Assembly (NCBI GenBank): GCA_035638775.1
Contig: DASQZJ010000005.1
Span: forward strand, 728-64,727
Length of the DNA stretch: 64,000 nucleotides
Direction of reading: 5' to 3'
From: Gammaproteobacteria bacterium
GTDB taxonomy: Bacteria > Pseudomonadota > Gammaproteobacteria > UBA5335 > SLRW01
The translations under genes were made by a program, and so were the position numbers. Of this stretch, positions 8,540 through 17,394 are shown one piece after another; position 1 is the stretch's first letter, and every line of letters starts with the position of its first letter. The notes beneath the pieces are model-generated. The model was not told the origin of the DNA. It worked only from the letters and a program-made list of their open reading frames with translations, and did no database searches.

Positions 8540-9814
8540 TCAGAACTGCGCTTCCTCGGTGGAGCCGGTCAGCGCGTTGGTCGAAGCGTTGCCGCCCTGT
8601 GCCGACGTATTGACGTCGTCGAAGTAGCCGGCGCCGACCTCCCGCTGGTGCCGCGTGGCCGTGTAGCCATCCTTCTCGGCGGCGAACTCGGCCTGCTGCA
8701 GCTCGACGTAGGCTGCCATCTGCTTCTCCTTGTAGCCCTTGGCCAGCGTGAACATGCTGTAGTTCAGGGCGTGGAAGCCGGCCAGCGTGATGAACTGGAA
8801 CCTGTAGCCCATCGCGCCGAGTTCGTTCTGGAACTTGGCGATGGTGGCGTCGTCGAGGTTCTTGCGCCAGTTGAACGAGGGCGAACAGTTGTACGCCAGC
8901 AGCTGGTCTGGATACTCCTTCTTGATCGCCTCCGCGAATTTCTTCGCCTGCTCGAGGTCGGGGGTCGACGTCTCGCACCAGAGCAGGTCCGCGTACGGCG
9001 CATACGCCAGGCCCCGGGCGATCGCCTGGTCGACGCCGGGCTTGACGCGGAAGAATCCCTCCGCGGTGCGCTCGCCGGTGAGGAATCGGTGGTCCCGCTC
9101 GTCGACGTCGGAGGTCAGCAGGTTGGCCGCGTCGGCGTCGGTGCGCGCCAATAGTACCGTCGGCACACCCGAGACGTCGGCGGCCAGGCGCGCCGCGTTG
9201 AGCTTGGCGACCGCCTCCTGGGTCGGCACCAGAACCTTTCCGCCCATGTGGCCGCACTTCTTGGCCGCGGCGAGCTGGTCCTCGAAGTGGACGCCCGAGG
9301 CACCGGCGTCGATCATCGCCTTCATCAGCTCGAAGGCGTTGAGCACACCGCCGAAGCCGGCCTCGGCATCGGCCACGATCGGCTGGAAGAAATCGAAGTC
9401 GTCCCGGCCCTCGGCCCAGTAGATCTCGTCGGCGCGCTTGAGTGCGTTGTTGATCCGGCGCACCACCGCCGGGACGCTGTTGGCGGGATACAGGGACTGG
9501 TCGGGGTACATGGTCTCGCCCAGGTTGGCGTCGCCCGCGACCTGCCAGCCCGAGAGGTAGATGGCCTTGAGCCCCGCCTTGACCTGCTGCAGCGCCTGGT
9601 TGCCGGTGAGGGCCCCCAGTGCGTTGATGTAGGGCTCGGTGTTGATGTACTTCCAGAGCTTCTCCGCTCCGCGCCGGGCCAGCGTGTGCTCGATCCGGAG
9701 CGAACCGCTCAGCCGCACCACGTCGGCGGCGGTATAGTCCCGCTTGACGTTCTTCCAGCGCGGACTCTCGGCCCACTCCTTCTCGAGTGCTTTCGCAGCT
9801 TCTTCACGGGTCAT
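8540..9814 (-). CDS. aceA: Isocitrate lyase
   Basis: 424 aa with the ICL signature KKCGHMGGK. It is colinear with bacterial AceA ([24 protein letters not shown]). A GAGGGGGA Shine-Dalgarno precedes the ATG. Confidence 0.95.
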   Translation of the reverse strand: MTREEAAKALEKEWAESPRWKNVKRDYTAADVVRLSGSLRIEHTLARRGAEKLWKYINTEPYINALGALTGNQALQQVKAGLKAIYLSGWQVAGDANLGETMYPDQSLYPANSVPAVVRRINNALKRADEIYWAEGRDDFDFFQPIVADAEAGFGGVLNAFELMKAMIDAGASGVHFEDQLAAAKKCGHMGGKVLVPTQEAVAKLNAARLAADVSGVPTVLLARTDADAANLLTSDVDERDHRFLTGERTAEGFFRVKPGVDQAIARGLAYAPYADLLWCETSTPDLEQAKKFAEAIKKEYPDQLLAYNCSPSFNWRKNLDDATIAKFQNELGAMGYRFQFITLAGFHALNYSMFTLAKGYKEKQMAAYVELQQAEFAAEKDGYTATRHQREVGAGYFDDVNTSAQGGNASTNALTGSTEEAQF

Positions 9815-10212
9815 CGCGATATCCCCCTCTCTCTAAAGGGCAAGTGCTCGTAGCCGTTCAAGGCCTGTGAATGTCTTCTCCGGCGGCGCCGGCCGTTCCG
9901 CAAGGCCGGCACGCGGGCCTGTAAAGAGCGGGCCCGCCCGGAGCCAGGCCCGTTTCAGGCCTTCGATGTCCGGCATGGATGCAGGCGGCGCGGCCGTTGC
10001 GCCCGGGACCGGATTCTGGTAAGACATCCGGCAGCCAGGGCCCCGGGGCCGGTACGCGGCTTTCCGGATACGGATTCCCGGCCGAGGGCGGCAGGCAGAT
10101 GAGGCTCGGCATCCTGCAATCGGCAATCTCTCGCGATGGTCGCATCCCGCGTCCCCCGAGTGTCCCCGCCGGCATCCCCCTGACATCGCCCCGTCCCCGC
10201 ACGACCGCGGGA

Positions 10213-10232
10213 ACAGGCGCCGTAGGGCCTGT
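10213..10232. promoter_or_regulatory. Inverted repeat ACAGGC-N8-GCCTGT (candidate LTTR-type box)
   Basis: Read directly from the sequence, ~45 nt upstream of the putative LysR -35. GGCCTGT-containing copies also occur at 9861-9868 and 9915-9922. Confidence 0.3.
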
Positions 10233-10277
10233 ACCCGGCAAAATTCAGGCGGCTATCCTACGGCCTGCCGTTGAGAT

Positions 10278-10306
10278 TTGACAAGTCAATTTCTTCAATG
10301 TTTAGT
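10278..10306 (+). promoter_or_regulatory. Sigma70-like promoter for the LysR gene (-35 TTGACA, 17-nt spacer, -10 TTTAGT)
   Basis: This is the only AT-rich patch of the intergenic region. A perfect TTGACA lies at 10278-10283 and a -10-like hexamer at 10301-10306, ~35 nt before the GTG start. Confidence 0.45.
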
Positions 10307-10339
10307 ATTGCAATGGTTAATGCTTAAGAGGGCGCCGCC

Positions 10340-11317
10340 GTGGCCGATGCATCGTCCGTTCGCCACTACTACAAGCACAACCGTCTGCAGCAGCTCCGCG
10401 GCTTTTGCTATGCCGCCCAGACCGGCAGCATATCCAAGGCGGCGGAGCGCATGTTCCTGAGCCAGCCCTCGGTCTCCCTGCAGATCCAGGCTCTCGAGCG
10501 CGAGCTCGACGTGATCCTGTTCGAGCGCCGCGGGCCGCGCATCAAGCTCACCCCGGAGGGCCAGGTTCTCTACGAACTGTCCCTGCCGCTCGTCGAGGGA
10601 CTGGAGACCCTGCCGGAGAATTTCGCCTCGCAGCGTGGCAACCTGGAGTCGGGGCGCCTGGATATCGCGGCGGGGGAATCGACCCTCCTGTACCTGCTCC
10701 CCGAAATTGTAGGCAAATTCGCCAAGCTCTACCCCGGTATCCACTTCAACCTGCACAACGTGACCGGCCGGGACGGCCTGGAGATGCTCCGGGCAGACGA
10801 GGTGGACATCGCGGTGGGCTCGATGCTGGACGTCCCGGACGACGTCAGCTACTGGCCGATCTATTCCTACGACCCCATGCTGATCACCGCTCGGGACCAC
10901 CCGCTGGCCCACCTCGACAAGATTACCCTCAAGGACATCGGCAGCTACGGATTGATCCTGCCCCCCCGCCACCTGAGCACCTGGCGGGTGGTGAAGCTGG
11001 TGTTCCAGCAGCACAACGTGGACTTCCACGTCACGCTGGAAGCCGGCGGCTGGGAGGTGATCAAGAAATACGTGGCGCTGGGCTTCGGGGTGTCCATCGT
11101 CACCAGCATCTGCCTCACCGGAGACGAGGACCTGACCGCCATCCCCCTGAACGAGTACTTCCCCAAGCGCACTTATGGCGTGGTCACGCGCAAGGGCAAG
11201 TTCCTCACGCCTCAGGCCAAGCGCTTCATCGAGCTGATGGACCCCCAGTTCTTCCAGCGGCCGGGCATGCAGGAGCAGAAGCCCGCCGAGGCCGGCGCCG
11301 GCCGGCGCCGCGGCTAG
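10340..11317 (+). CDS. LysR-family transcriptional regulator
   Basis: GTG start. It has an N-terminal wHTH (LRGFCYAAQTGSISKAAERMFLSQPSVSLQIQALERELDVILFER) and a LysR substrate-binding domain. It is divergent from aceA-icd. Confidence 0.88.
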   Translation: MADASSVRHYYKHNRLQQLRGFCYAAQTGSISKAAERMFLSQPSVSLQIQALERELDVILFERRGPRIKLTPEGQVLYELSLPLVEGLETLPENFASQRGNLESGRLDIAAGESTLLYLLPEIVGKFAKLYPGIHFNLHNVTGRDGLEMLRADEVDIAVGSMLDVPDDVSYWPIYSYDPMLITARDHPLAHLDKITLKDIGSYGLILPPRHLSTWRVVKLVFQQHNVDFHVTLEAGGWEVIKKYVALGFGVSIVTSICLTGDEDLTAIPLNEYFPKRTYGVVTRKGKFLTPQAKRFIELMDPQFFQRPGMQEQKPAEAGAGRRRG

Positions 11318-11329
11318 CGGGCCGCACGC

Positions 11330-12343
11330 ATGGGCGAGGACGCTCCCGTCACCATCGGCATTGCCCTGGGCAGCGGATCCGCCCGCGGCTGGGCCCACAT
11401 CGGCGTGCTGGAAGCGCTGGCGGAAGCCGGCGTCCGTCCCGCGATCGTGTGCGGGGCCTCGGTGGGCGCACTGGTGGGCGGTGCCTATGCCAGCGGCTAC
11501 ATGGATGAATTCGCGCGCTGGATCCGTTCCCTGCGCCGCCTGGACGTGGTGCGGATGCTGGACGTCACGGTCCGTGGCGGCGGCTTCATCGAGGGCAGCC
11601 GGCTGATGGGCATCCTGGCCGACCGGATTCGCGACGTGCGCATCGAGGAGCTGCGCAGCCCCCGCTTCGCTGCGGTGGCGACCGAGCTGGCCACCGGCCA
11701 CGAGCGCTGGTTCCACGAGGGCTCGCTGCTGCAGGCTATCCGGGCGTCGATCGCGCTGCCCGGCCTGTTTACCCCGGTACAGGGAGCCGCCGGCCGCTGG
11801 CTGGTGGACGGCGGGCTGGTCAACCCGGTCCCGGTCTCGGTGTGCCGCGCGATGGGGGCCGACATCGTCATCGCGGTGAATCTCAACGGCGACCTGGTTA
11901 CCCGTTCCCGCAACCACGGGCGACCGGTCCGTCACGTCAGCACCGAGCTCACCGGTGCTACGCCGAACGAGGATGCCGGAGGCACCCGTCGCGCGGATCC
12001 CGCGCACGAGGTCGCCGCCGGCCGCTTCCGCTGGAACATCCGCAACCTGATCTCGCTGTCGAACAGCCAGCAGGAAAGCGGACCGGGCCTGTTCGATGTC
12101 CTGTCCGCCTCCATCAACATCATGCAGGACCGCATTACCCGCAGCCGCATGGCCGGCGACCCGCCGGACCTGGTGATCAGCCCGCGGCTGGCACACCTGG
12201 GACTGATGGAGTTCCACCGCGGGCCGGAAGCGATCGCCGAGGGCCGCGCGGCGGTCGAGCGCATGGGCTCGGCCCTGGAGCATCTTCTCGGCAGCCGCGT
12301 GCCGGCCCCGACCCATGCGCAGGAACCGCCGAACCCGTCCTGA
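11330..12343 (+). CDS. Patatin-like phospholipase (RssA-like)
   Basis: It has GSGSARG (oxyanion), GASVG (nucleophile elbow) and VDGGLVNPVP (catalytic Asp). Confidence 0.85.
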   Translation: MGEDAPVTIGIALGSGSARGWAHIGVLEALAEAGVRPAIVCGASVGALVGGAYASGYMDEFARWIRSLRRLDVVRMLDVTVRGGGFIEGSRLMGILADRIRDVRIEELRSPRFAAVATELATGHERWFHEGSLLQAIRASIALPGLFTPVQGAAGRWLVDGGLVNPVPVSVCRAMGADIVIAVNLNGDLVTRSRNHGRPVRHVSTELTGATPNEDAGGTRRADPAHEVAAGRFRWNIRNLISLSNSQQESGPGLFDVLSASINIMQDRITRSRMAGDPPDLVISPRLAHLGLMEFHRGPEAIAEGRAAVERMGSALEHLLGSRVPAPTHAQEPPNPS

Positions 12344-12363
12344 GGCGTCGCGAGGAGGGCCCC

Positions 12364-12966
12364 ATGGCCGCCGGTCGCCGCCCCCGCGTCATCGCGCTCA
12401 ACAAGCCATTCCGCGTCACCTGCCAGTTCAGCGACGATGCCGGTCGGGCCACGCTGGCGGACTACGTCCCGGTGGCGTCGGTCTACCCGGCCGGACGGCT
12501 GGACCGGGACAGCGAGGGCCTGCTGCTGCTCACCGACGATGGCCGCCTCCAGCACCGGATCACCGATCCCGGACGCAAGCTGCCCAAGACGTACTGGGTC
12601 CAGGTCGAGGGGGAACCAGACGATGCGGCGCTGGCCCGCCTGCGGGCGGGTATCGCCCTGCGCGAGGGCGGTACCCGTCCCGCCCGCGTGCGGCGCCTTC
12701 CCGAGCCGGAGCTCTGGCCAAGATCGCCGCCGGTCCGCTACCGGGCGCGGATCCCGACCGCCTGGCTGGAAGTCGTGCTGCGCGAGGGGCGCAACCGGCA
12801 GATTCGACGCATGACCGCCGCTGTCGGCCATCCGACGCTGCGCCTGGTGCGATACGCCATCGGCCCGATCACCCTGGAGGTCCTGGCACCCGGCCAGTGG
12901 CGCGAACTCGGTCCCGCGGAGATCCGCCGGCTCGGCGCGCCCTCCCGGGGCGGAACGGGCCGCTGA
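12364..12966 (+). CDS. rluE: 23S rRNA pseudouridine synthase, RsuA/RluE family
   Basis: ORF 11842..12966 trimmed to the ATG at 12364. It has ALNKPFRVTCQF, the catalytic GRLDRDSEGLLLLTDDG, and REGRNRQIRRM. At 200 aa with no S4 domain, it matches RluE. Confidence 0.82.
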   Translation: MAAGRRPRVIALNKPFRVTCQFSDDAGRATLADYVPVASVYPAGRLDRDSEGLLLLTDDGRLQHRITDPGRKLPKTYWVQVEGEPDDAALARLRAGIALREGGTRPARVRRLPEPELWPRSPPVRYRARIPTAWLEVVLREGRNRQIRRMTAAVGHPTLRLVRYAIGPITLEVLAPGQWRELGPAEIRRLGAPSRGGTGR

Positions 12967-12975
12967 GGGCGCGGA

Positions 12976-13458
12976 TCAGGCCGAGAGAGCCTGGTCGCCG
13001 ACCACGATGCCGTCGGCGTCCCCGCAGAGCCAGGCGCCCGGGCGGATCTCGAGGCCGGCGAAGCGCACCGGGATGTCCCGCTGACCCTCGCCGCGCTTGA
13101 CGCTCTTGCGCGGATGCACGTTCAGCGCCCGCACGCCGAGGTCGAGGGAGTCGATCTCCGCCGAGTCGCGGATGCAGCCGTAGACGACCACGCCGCTCCA
13201 GCCGTTCTCCACCGCTTTCGCCGCCAGCCGGTCCCCCAGCAGGGCACAGCGCGTCGAACCCCCGCCATCCACGACCAGCACCCTGTCCTCGCCGGGCTGC
13301 TCGAGGGTTTCACGTACCAGCACGTTGTCCTCGAATACCTTGACCGTGGCCACTGTGCCGGCAAAAGCGGTCCGGGCGCCGAAGGCGCGGAACACGGGCT
13401 CGGCGACCTGCAGGCGATCGCCGTGCGCGTCGCAGAGATCGGTAGTCGCTGGGGACAT
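12976..13458 (-). CDS. rraA: RraA family protein (RNase E regulator / HMG aldolase fold)
   Basis: 160 aa, with [17 protein letters not shown] and [20 protein letters not shown], typical of RraA. Confidence 0.85.
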   Translation of the reverse strand: MSPATTDLCDAHGDRLQVAEPVFRAFGARTAFAGTVATVKVFEDNVLVRETLEQPGEDRVLVVDGGGSTRCALLGDRLAAKAVENGWSGVVVYGCIRDSAEIDSLDLGVRALNVHPRKSVKRGEGQRDIPVRFAGLEIRPGAWLCGDADGIVVGDQALSA

Positions 13459-13518
13459 GGATCCTGTCTCCGGGTGGTTGCGGGAGGGGCCCGATTCTAC
13501 CCGATCACGGCGGGGTCC

Positions 13519-13549
13519 AAGAGAAACGGGCCGGCGTCGGCCGGCCCGT
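13519..13549 (-). terminator. GC hairpin terminator after the peroxiredoxin gene
   Basis: The minus strand reads ACGGGCCGGC-CGAC-GCCGGCCCGT followed by TTCTCTT, ~25 nt after the stop. Confidence 0.5.
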
Positions 13550-13570
13550 ACCCGTATCCCGTGTGCCGGC

Positions 13571-14209
13571 TTACTTGTTCGGCGGGGGCGTCATGCGCAG
13601 ATACGGACGCAGTTCCTTGTAGCCCTTCGGGAACTTCTGTTTGAGTTCCTCGGGATCCTTGATCGAGGGCACGATGACCACGTCCTCGCCGTCTTTCCAG
13701 TTGACCGGCGTGGCCACACCGTAGTTGTCGGTCAGCTGCAGCGAGTCGATCACCCGCAGGATCTCGTCGAAGTTCCGACCCGTGCTCGCCGGATAGGTGA
13801 TCGTCAACCGGACCTTCTTGCCCGGATCGATCACGAATACCGAGCGCACGGTCGCCGTGTTGTCGGCATTGGGATGGATCATGTCGTACAGATCGGAAAC
13901 CTTCCGGTCATGATCGGCGATGATCGGGAAGTTGACCTGGGTGTGCTGGGTATCGTTGATGTCCTTGATCCAGCCCTCGTGGGAATCCACCGGGTCCACG
14001 CTCAGGGCGAGCGCCTTGACGTTGCGCTTGCGGAACTCGTCCGCCAGCTTGGCGGTATAGCCCAGCTCGGTGGTGCATACGGGCGTGTAGTCCGCCGGAT
14101 GGGAGAACAGCACCACCCAGCTGTCACCGGCCCACTCGTAGAAGTGCAGCTTGCCGATGGTGGAATCCTGGGTGAAGTCGGGTGCCGTGTCGCCTAGTCT
14201 CAGAGCCAT
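13571..14209 (-). CDS. 1-Cys peroxiredoxin (Prx6 type)
   Basis: 212 aa, with [14 protein letters not shown] (peroxidatic Cys) and a Prx6-type C-terminal domain. Confidence 0.9.
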   Translation of the reverse strand: MALRLGDTAPDFTQDSTIGKLHFYEWAGDSWVVLFSHPADYTPVCTTELGYTAKLADEFRKRNVKALALSVDPVDSHEGWIKDINDTQHTQVNFPIIADHDRKVSDLYDMIHPNADNTATVRSVFVIDPGKKVRLTITYPASTGRNFDEILRVIDSLQLTDNYGVATPVNWKDGEDVVIVPSIKDPEELKQKFPKGYKELRPYLRMTPPPNK

Positions 14210-14314
14210 GTCCTGGTACCTCCTGTTCCGTGTCAGCGTTCGGGTCCACGGTCGTCGTCATCCGCGTCCCGGCTGCGGGCATGATAAGTATGCCATACCG
14301 AATCACGAAAGCCC

Positions 14315-14340
14315 GGAAAGTTGTTTATACATAACTTTCC
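14315..14340. promoter_or_regulatory. Inverted repeat GGAAAGTT-N10-AACTTTCC in the divergent prx / thioesterase intergenic region
   Basis: Perfect 8-bp arms around an AT-rich 10-nt centre (gtttatacat), ~105 nt upstream of the prx start. It is followed by TGCATAAT. Confidence 0.4.
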
Positions 14341-14453
14341 TGCATAATCCCCATCCCGTCGCGGCGGAACGAAGGCGGCGGCGCTTCCGGCCACCGCCGC
14401 GAGCCGCCCGCCACGGGATCTGCACATTCTGATCCACGGATCATGACCTTTCA

Positions 14454-14482
14454 AAGACAGCGGCGCTGCTTGCTAGTATGAT
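14454..14482 (+). promoter_or_regulatory. Candidate sigma70 promoter of the thioesterase/hydratase operon (-35 AAGACA, 17 nt, -10 TATGAT)
   Basis: Hexamers read directly from the sequence. The -10 ends 33 nt before the ATG at 14516. Confidence 0.35.
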
Positions 14483-14515
14483 GGCGCCACCGCCCGCCAG
14501 AACCCGTTTGCGCCT

Positions 14516-15007
14516 ATGGCCTTCGAGGACACGCTGTTCGCCCGCTATCCGGACCAGGTGCGCGAAACCCTGAAATACCGGTTCCTGAACGCCATCCCGC
14601 ACAACGACACGTTGGGGATCACGTTCGTGGACGCCGAGCCCGGCTCGGCGACCCTGCGCCTGCCCTACCGGGACGCGCTGGTGGGCAATCCCGACAACGG
14701 CGTCATCCACGGCGGCGTGATCACCTCGCTCATCGACAGCGTGTCCGGCCTCGCCGTGTTCTGCTCCCTGCCCGATTTCGAGACCATCGCGACGCTGGAC
14801 CTGCGGATCGACTACATGAAGCCGGCGCGTCCCGGCAGGGACCTGTTCGCCCGGGCCGACTGCTACAAGCGCACCCGCCAGATCGCCTTCGTGCGCGCTC
14901 TCGCCTACCAGGACTCCCCGGAGAACCCGGTCGCCAGCAGCGTGTCCTCGTTCATGCGGGGTGCCAGCCGCCACACCACCATCTTCCGCAAGGACAAGGC
15001 GTCATGA
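14516..15007 (+). CDS. PaaI-family hot-dog thioesterase
   Basis: 163 aa, with NGVIHGGVITSLIDSVSG and a DLRIDYMKP core typical of PaaI/4HBT-II. ATGA overlap with the next gene. Confidence 0.8.
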   Translation: MAFEDTLFARYPDQVRETLKYRFLNAIPHNDTLGITFVDAEPGSATLRLPYRDALVGNPDNGVIHGGVITSLIDSVSGLAVFCSLPDFETIATLDLRIDYMKPARPGRDLFARADCYKRTRQIAFVRALAYQDSPENPVASSVSSFMRGASRHTTIFRKDKAS

Positions 15008-15435
15008 GTCTTTACGAGGTGGTCACGCGGGCGCGCGAGACGGGGGATTACGGGGAGCTCATGAGCGCGGTGCCCTACGCCGCACTGCTGGGCATGCGCA
15101 TGCGCCGGGAGGACGGCCGGCTGCTGTTTCACCTGCCCTTCAACGACCGCAACATCGGCAACGTGATGCTGCCCGCGCTACACGGGGGCGTGATCGGCGG
15201 TTTCATGGAGCATGCCGCCATCTGCCAGTTGATCGCCGAGCGCGAATCCGTGCAGATGCCCAAAACCATCGATTTCTCGATAGACTATCTGCGCTCCGGG
15301 CGGGCCGCCGACACCCACGCGGTGTGCCGGGTGACCAAGCAGGGAAAGCGCGTGGCGCACGTGGGCGTGGACGCCTGGCAGGCGTCCCCGGACAAGCCCA
15401 TCGCCGTCGCCCGGGCCCACTTCCTGCTCACCTGA
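15004..15435 (+). CDS. PaaI-family hot-dog thioesterase (second copy)
   Basis: 143 aa, with LHGGVIGGFMEHA and a DFSIDYLRSG core. Translationally coupled to the upstream paralog. Confidence 0.8.
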   Translation: MSLYEVVTRARETGDYGELMSAVPYAALLGMRMRREDGRLLFHLPFNDRNIGNVMLPALHGGVIGGFMEHAAICQLIAERESVQMPKTIDFSIDYLRSGRAADTHAVCRVTKQGKRVAHVGVDAWQASPDKPIAVARAHFLLT

Positions 15436-15506
15436 CGCGCGTCGCGGTGCCGGCGGCTCCGCCGCCAGGGACGCAGCTTCGAGTCTCGCCGCAGCCAGGA
15501 GAAGCC

Positions 15507-16346
15507 ATGACGGAGCAGATCAATCTCGACGCCGTGGGGCAGGAGCTCGAGCCCATGGTCTACGAGTACGGGACCCGGGACGTGATCCTGTACCACCTGG
15601 GACTCGGCATGGGTCGCGACCAGCTGCCCTTCACCTACGAGCGAAGCCTCAGAGTGCTGCCGAGCTTTGCGGTCGTCCCGCCCTTCCCCGCCATGTCCGG
15701 GTGCGTGTCGATGCTGAAGGCCAACCCCATGATGATCCTCCACGGCGAACAGGCCTTCGAGCTCCACCGGCCGATCCCGGTGAGCGGGAAGCTCACTACG
15801 AGCGGCCGGATCGAGGGGATCTACGACAAGGGCAAGGGTGCCTCGGTGGTCCTGCGCACGGACACCGTGGATGACAGGGACCGGCAGTTGTTCAGCAACC
15901 GCTTCACGCTGTTCGTGCGGGGTGCCGGGGGATTCGGCGGCGAAGCCGGGCCACGCGAGCCGGTGCGGGAGATGCCCGACCGAGCCCCCGACCAGGTCCT
16001 GGAAACCCCGACGCGGGAAGACCAGGCCCTGCTGTACCGGCTCAGCGGCGACTACAATCCGCTGCACGCCGATCCCGAGTTCGCGAAGCTCGCCGGTTTC
16101 GATACGCCCATCCTGCACGGCCTGTGCACCTACGGCATCGCCTGCTGGGGGGTGCTGGAGGCCTGCGCGGAGATGCAGCCCGAACGCATGAAGAGCTTCC
16201 AGGGGCGGTTCTCCAGCCCCGTGTTCCCGGGCGAGACCCTGGTCACGGAGATCTGGGCTGACGGCGACGAAGCACTGTTCCAGACCCGCGTCAAGGAGCG
16301 CGACGTCGTCGCCCTGACCCGGGGCCACGCCCGCTTCGCCGATTGA
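15507..16346 (+). CDS. MaoC-like (R)-specific enoyl-CoA hydratase (hydratase-2, double hot-dog)
   Basis: ORF 14961..16346 trimmed to the ATG at 15507 (MTEQINLDAVG). It has the hydratase-2 motif YRLSGDYNPLHADPEFAKLAG. 279 aa. Confidence 0.88.
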   Translation: MTEQINLDAVGQELEPMVYEYGTRDVILYHLGLGMGRDQLPFTYERSLRVLPSFAVVPPFPAMSGCVSMLKANPMMILHGEQAFELHRPIPVSGKLTTSGRIEGIYDKGKGASVVLRTDTVDDRDRQLFSNRFTLFVRGAGGFGGEAGPREPVREMPDRAPDQVLETPTREDQALLYRLSGDYNPLHADPEFAKLAGFDTPILHGLCTYGIACWGVLEACAEMQPERMKSFQGRFSSPVFPGETLVTEIWADGDEALFQTRVKERDVVALTRGHARFAD

Positions 16347-16388
16347 TCGCTTCGCCACCCACAGCAACCATCCAAGCAGGAGTAAGCC

Positions 16389-17288
16389 ATGTCGGACGTT
16401 CGTTTCGATGGAAAGACGGTCATTGTCACCGGCGCCGGGGGCGCGCTCGGCCGCGCCTATTCCCTGATGTTCGCCTCGCGCGGCGCCAACGTGGTGGTCA
16501 ATGACCTCGGCGGCAGCACCCAGGGCGAGGGGGCCAGCCAGTCGGCCGCCGACAAGGTGGTGGACGAGATCAAGGCCACCGGCGGCAGCGCCGTGGCCAG
16601 CTACGACTCGGTCACGGAAATGGAGAACGCGCAGAAGATCGTCAAGACGGCGCTGGAGACCTTCGGCGGCGTGCACGCCCTGGTGAACAACGCCGGCATC
16701 CTGCGTGACAAGTCCTTCGCGAAGATGATCGAGGAGGACTGGGACATGGTGCACAAGGTGCACCTCAAGGGCGCGTTCTGCATGACCAAGGCCGTCTGGG
16801 AACACTTCCGCGAGCAGTCCTACGGCCGCGTGGTCAACACCTCGTCGGCGGCCGGCCTCTACGGCAACTTCGGCCAGGCCAACTACTCGGCGGCCAAGAT
16901 GGGGCTGGTGGGCTTCGGCCAGACGCTGGCGCTGGAGGGTGTCAAGTACGACATCAAGAGCAACATCATCGCGCCGATCGCCCGCTCGCGCATGACCGAG
17001 GAGCTGCTGCCGCCGGAGGTGCTCAAGATGATCGAGCCCGAGACGGTCGCGCCCCTGGTGGGCTACCTGTGCAGCGAGGACTGCCAGGAAAGCGGCCAGG
17101 TGTTCGAGGTCGGTGCGGGGCGCGTGTTCCACGTCAAGCTGCACCGGGGTGCCGGCTTCAAGACCGGCGCGGAGAACGGCGTGGCCTCGCTGGAGGAGAT
17201 CCGCGACAACTGGAGCAGGATCATGGATCTCAGCGAGCTGACCGCGGTGAACTCCCTGCAGGAGTCCACCATGGGCTTCATGCAGTGA
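16389..17288 (+). CDS. SDR, MFE-2 (HSD17B4) N-terminal-type (3R)-hydroxyacyl-CoA dehydrogenase
   Basis: It is colinear with the human HSD17B4 dehydrogenase domain as I recall it (RFDGKTVIVTGAGGALGRAY, VNNAGILRDKSF, NFGQANYSAAK). An AGGAG Shine-Dalgarno is present. Confidence 0.85.
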   Translation: MSDVRFDGKTVIVTGAGGALGRAYSLMFASRGANVVVNDLGGSTQGEGASQSAADKVVDEIKATGGSAVASYDSVTEMENAQKIVKTALETFGGVHALVNNAGILRDKSFAKMIEEDWDMVHKVHLKGAFCMTKAVWEHFREQSYGRVVNTSSAAGLYGNFGQANYSAAKMGLVGFGQTLALEGVKYDIKSNIIAPIARSRMTEELLPPEVLKMIEPETVAPLVGYLCSEDCQESGQVFEVGAGRVFHVKLHRGAGFKTGAENGVASLEEIRDNWSRIMDLSELTAVNSLQESTMGFMQ

Positions 17289-17312
17289 CAGTCCGGTCGA
17301 TGCCGCACCAGC

Positions 17313-17338
17313 GAAGGGGCGCCCTCGGGCGCCCCTTC
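17313..17338. terminator. GC hairpin between convergent SDR and acyl-CoA dehydrogenase genes
   Basis: GAAGGGGCGCC-ctcg-GGCGCCCCTTC forms a perfect 11-bp stem. There is no strong T-tract on either side. Confidence 0.45.
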
Positions 17339-17394
17339 TTCGCCGGCCGGTCCTCCGGGTACCGGAATGACGCGTCAGTCATCCCTATCGGAGG

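Noticed and set aside
7011-9776. 921-aa ORF that would fuse Icd to a long N-terminal extension
   Set aside because: Only the last 445 codons (from MAYSKIQLP) are Icd. The upstream part is an out-of-frame read across the aceA terminator and the aceA coding sequence, with Arg/Gly/Pro-rich nonsense composition.
9833-10281. Track ORFs (100-127 aa) inside the aceA-LysR intergenic region
   Set aside because: They have Pro/Arg/Gly-rich shadow-type composition and no Shine-Dalgarno. The region is treated as regulatory/5' UTR instead.
11330-12343. Patatin-like phospholipase as a possible CBASS/defence effector
   Set aside because: No cyclase, sensor or other defence gene is adjacent. Its size and motifs fit housekeeping RssA-type lipases, and it is flanked by core genes.
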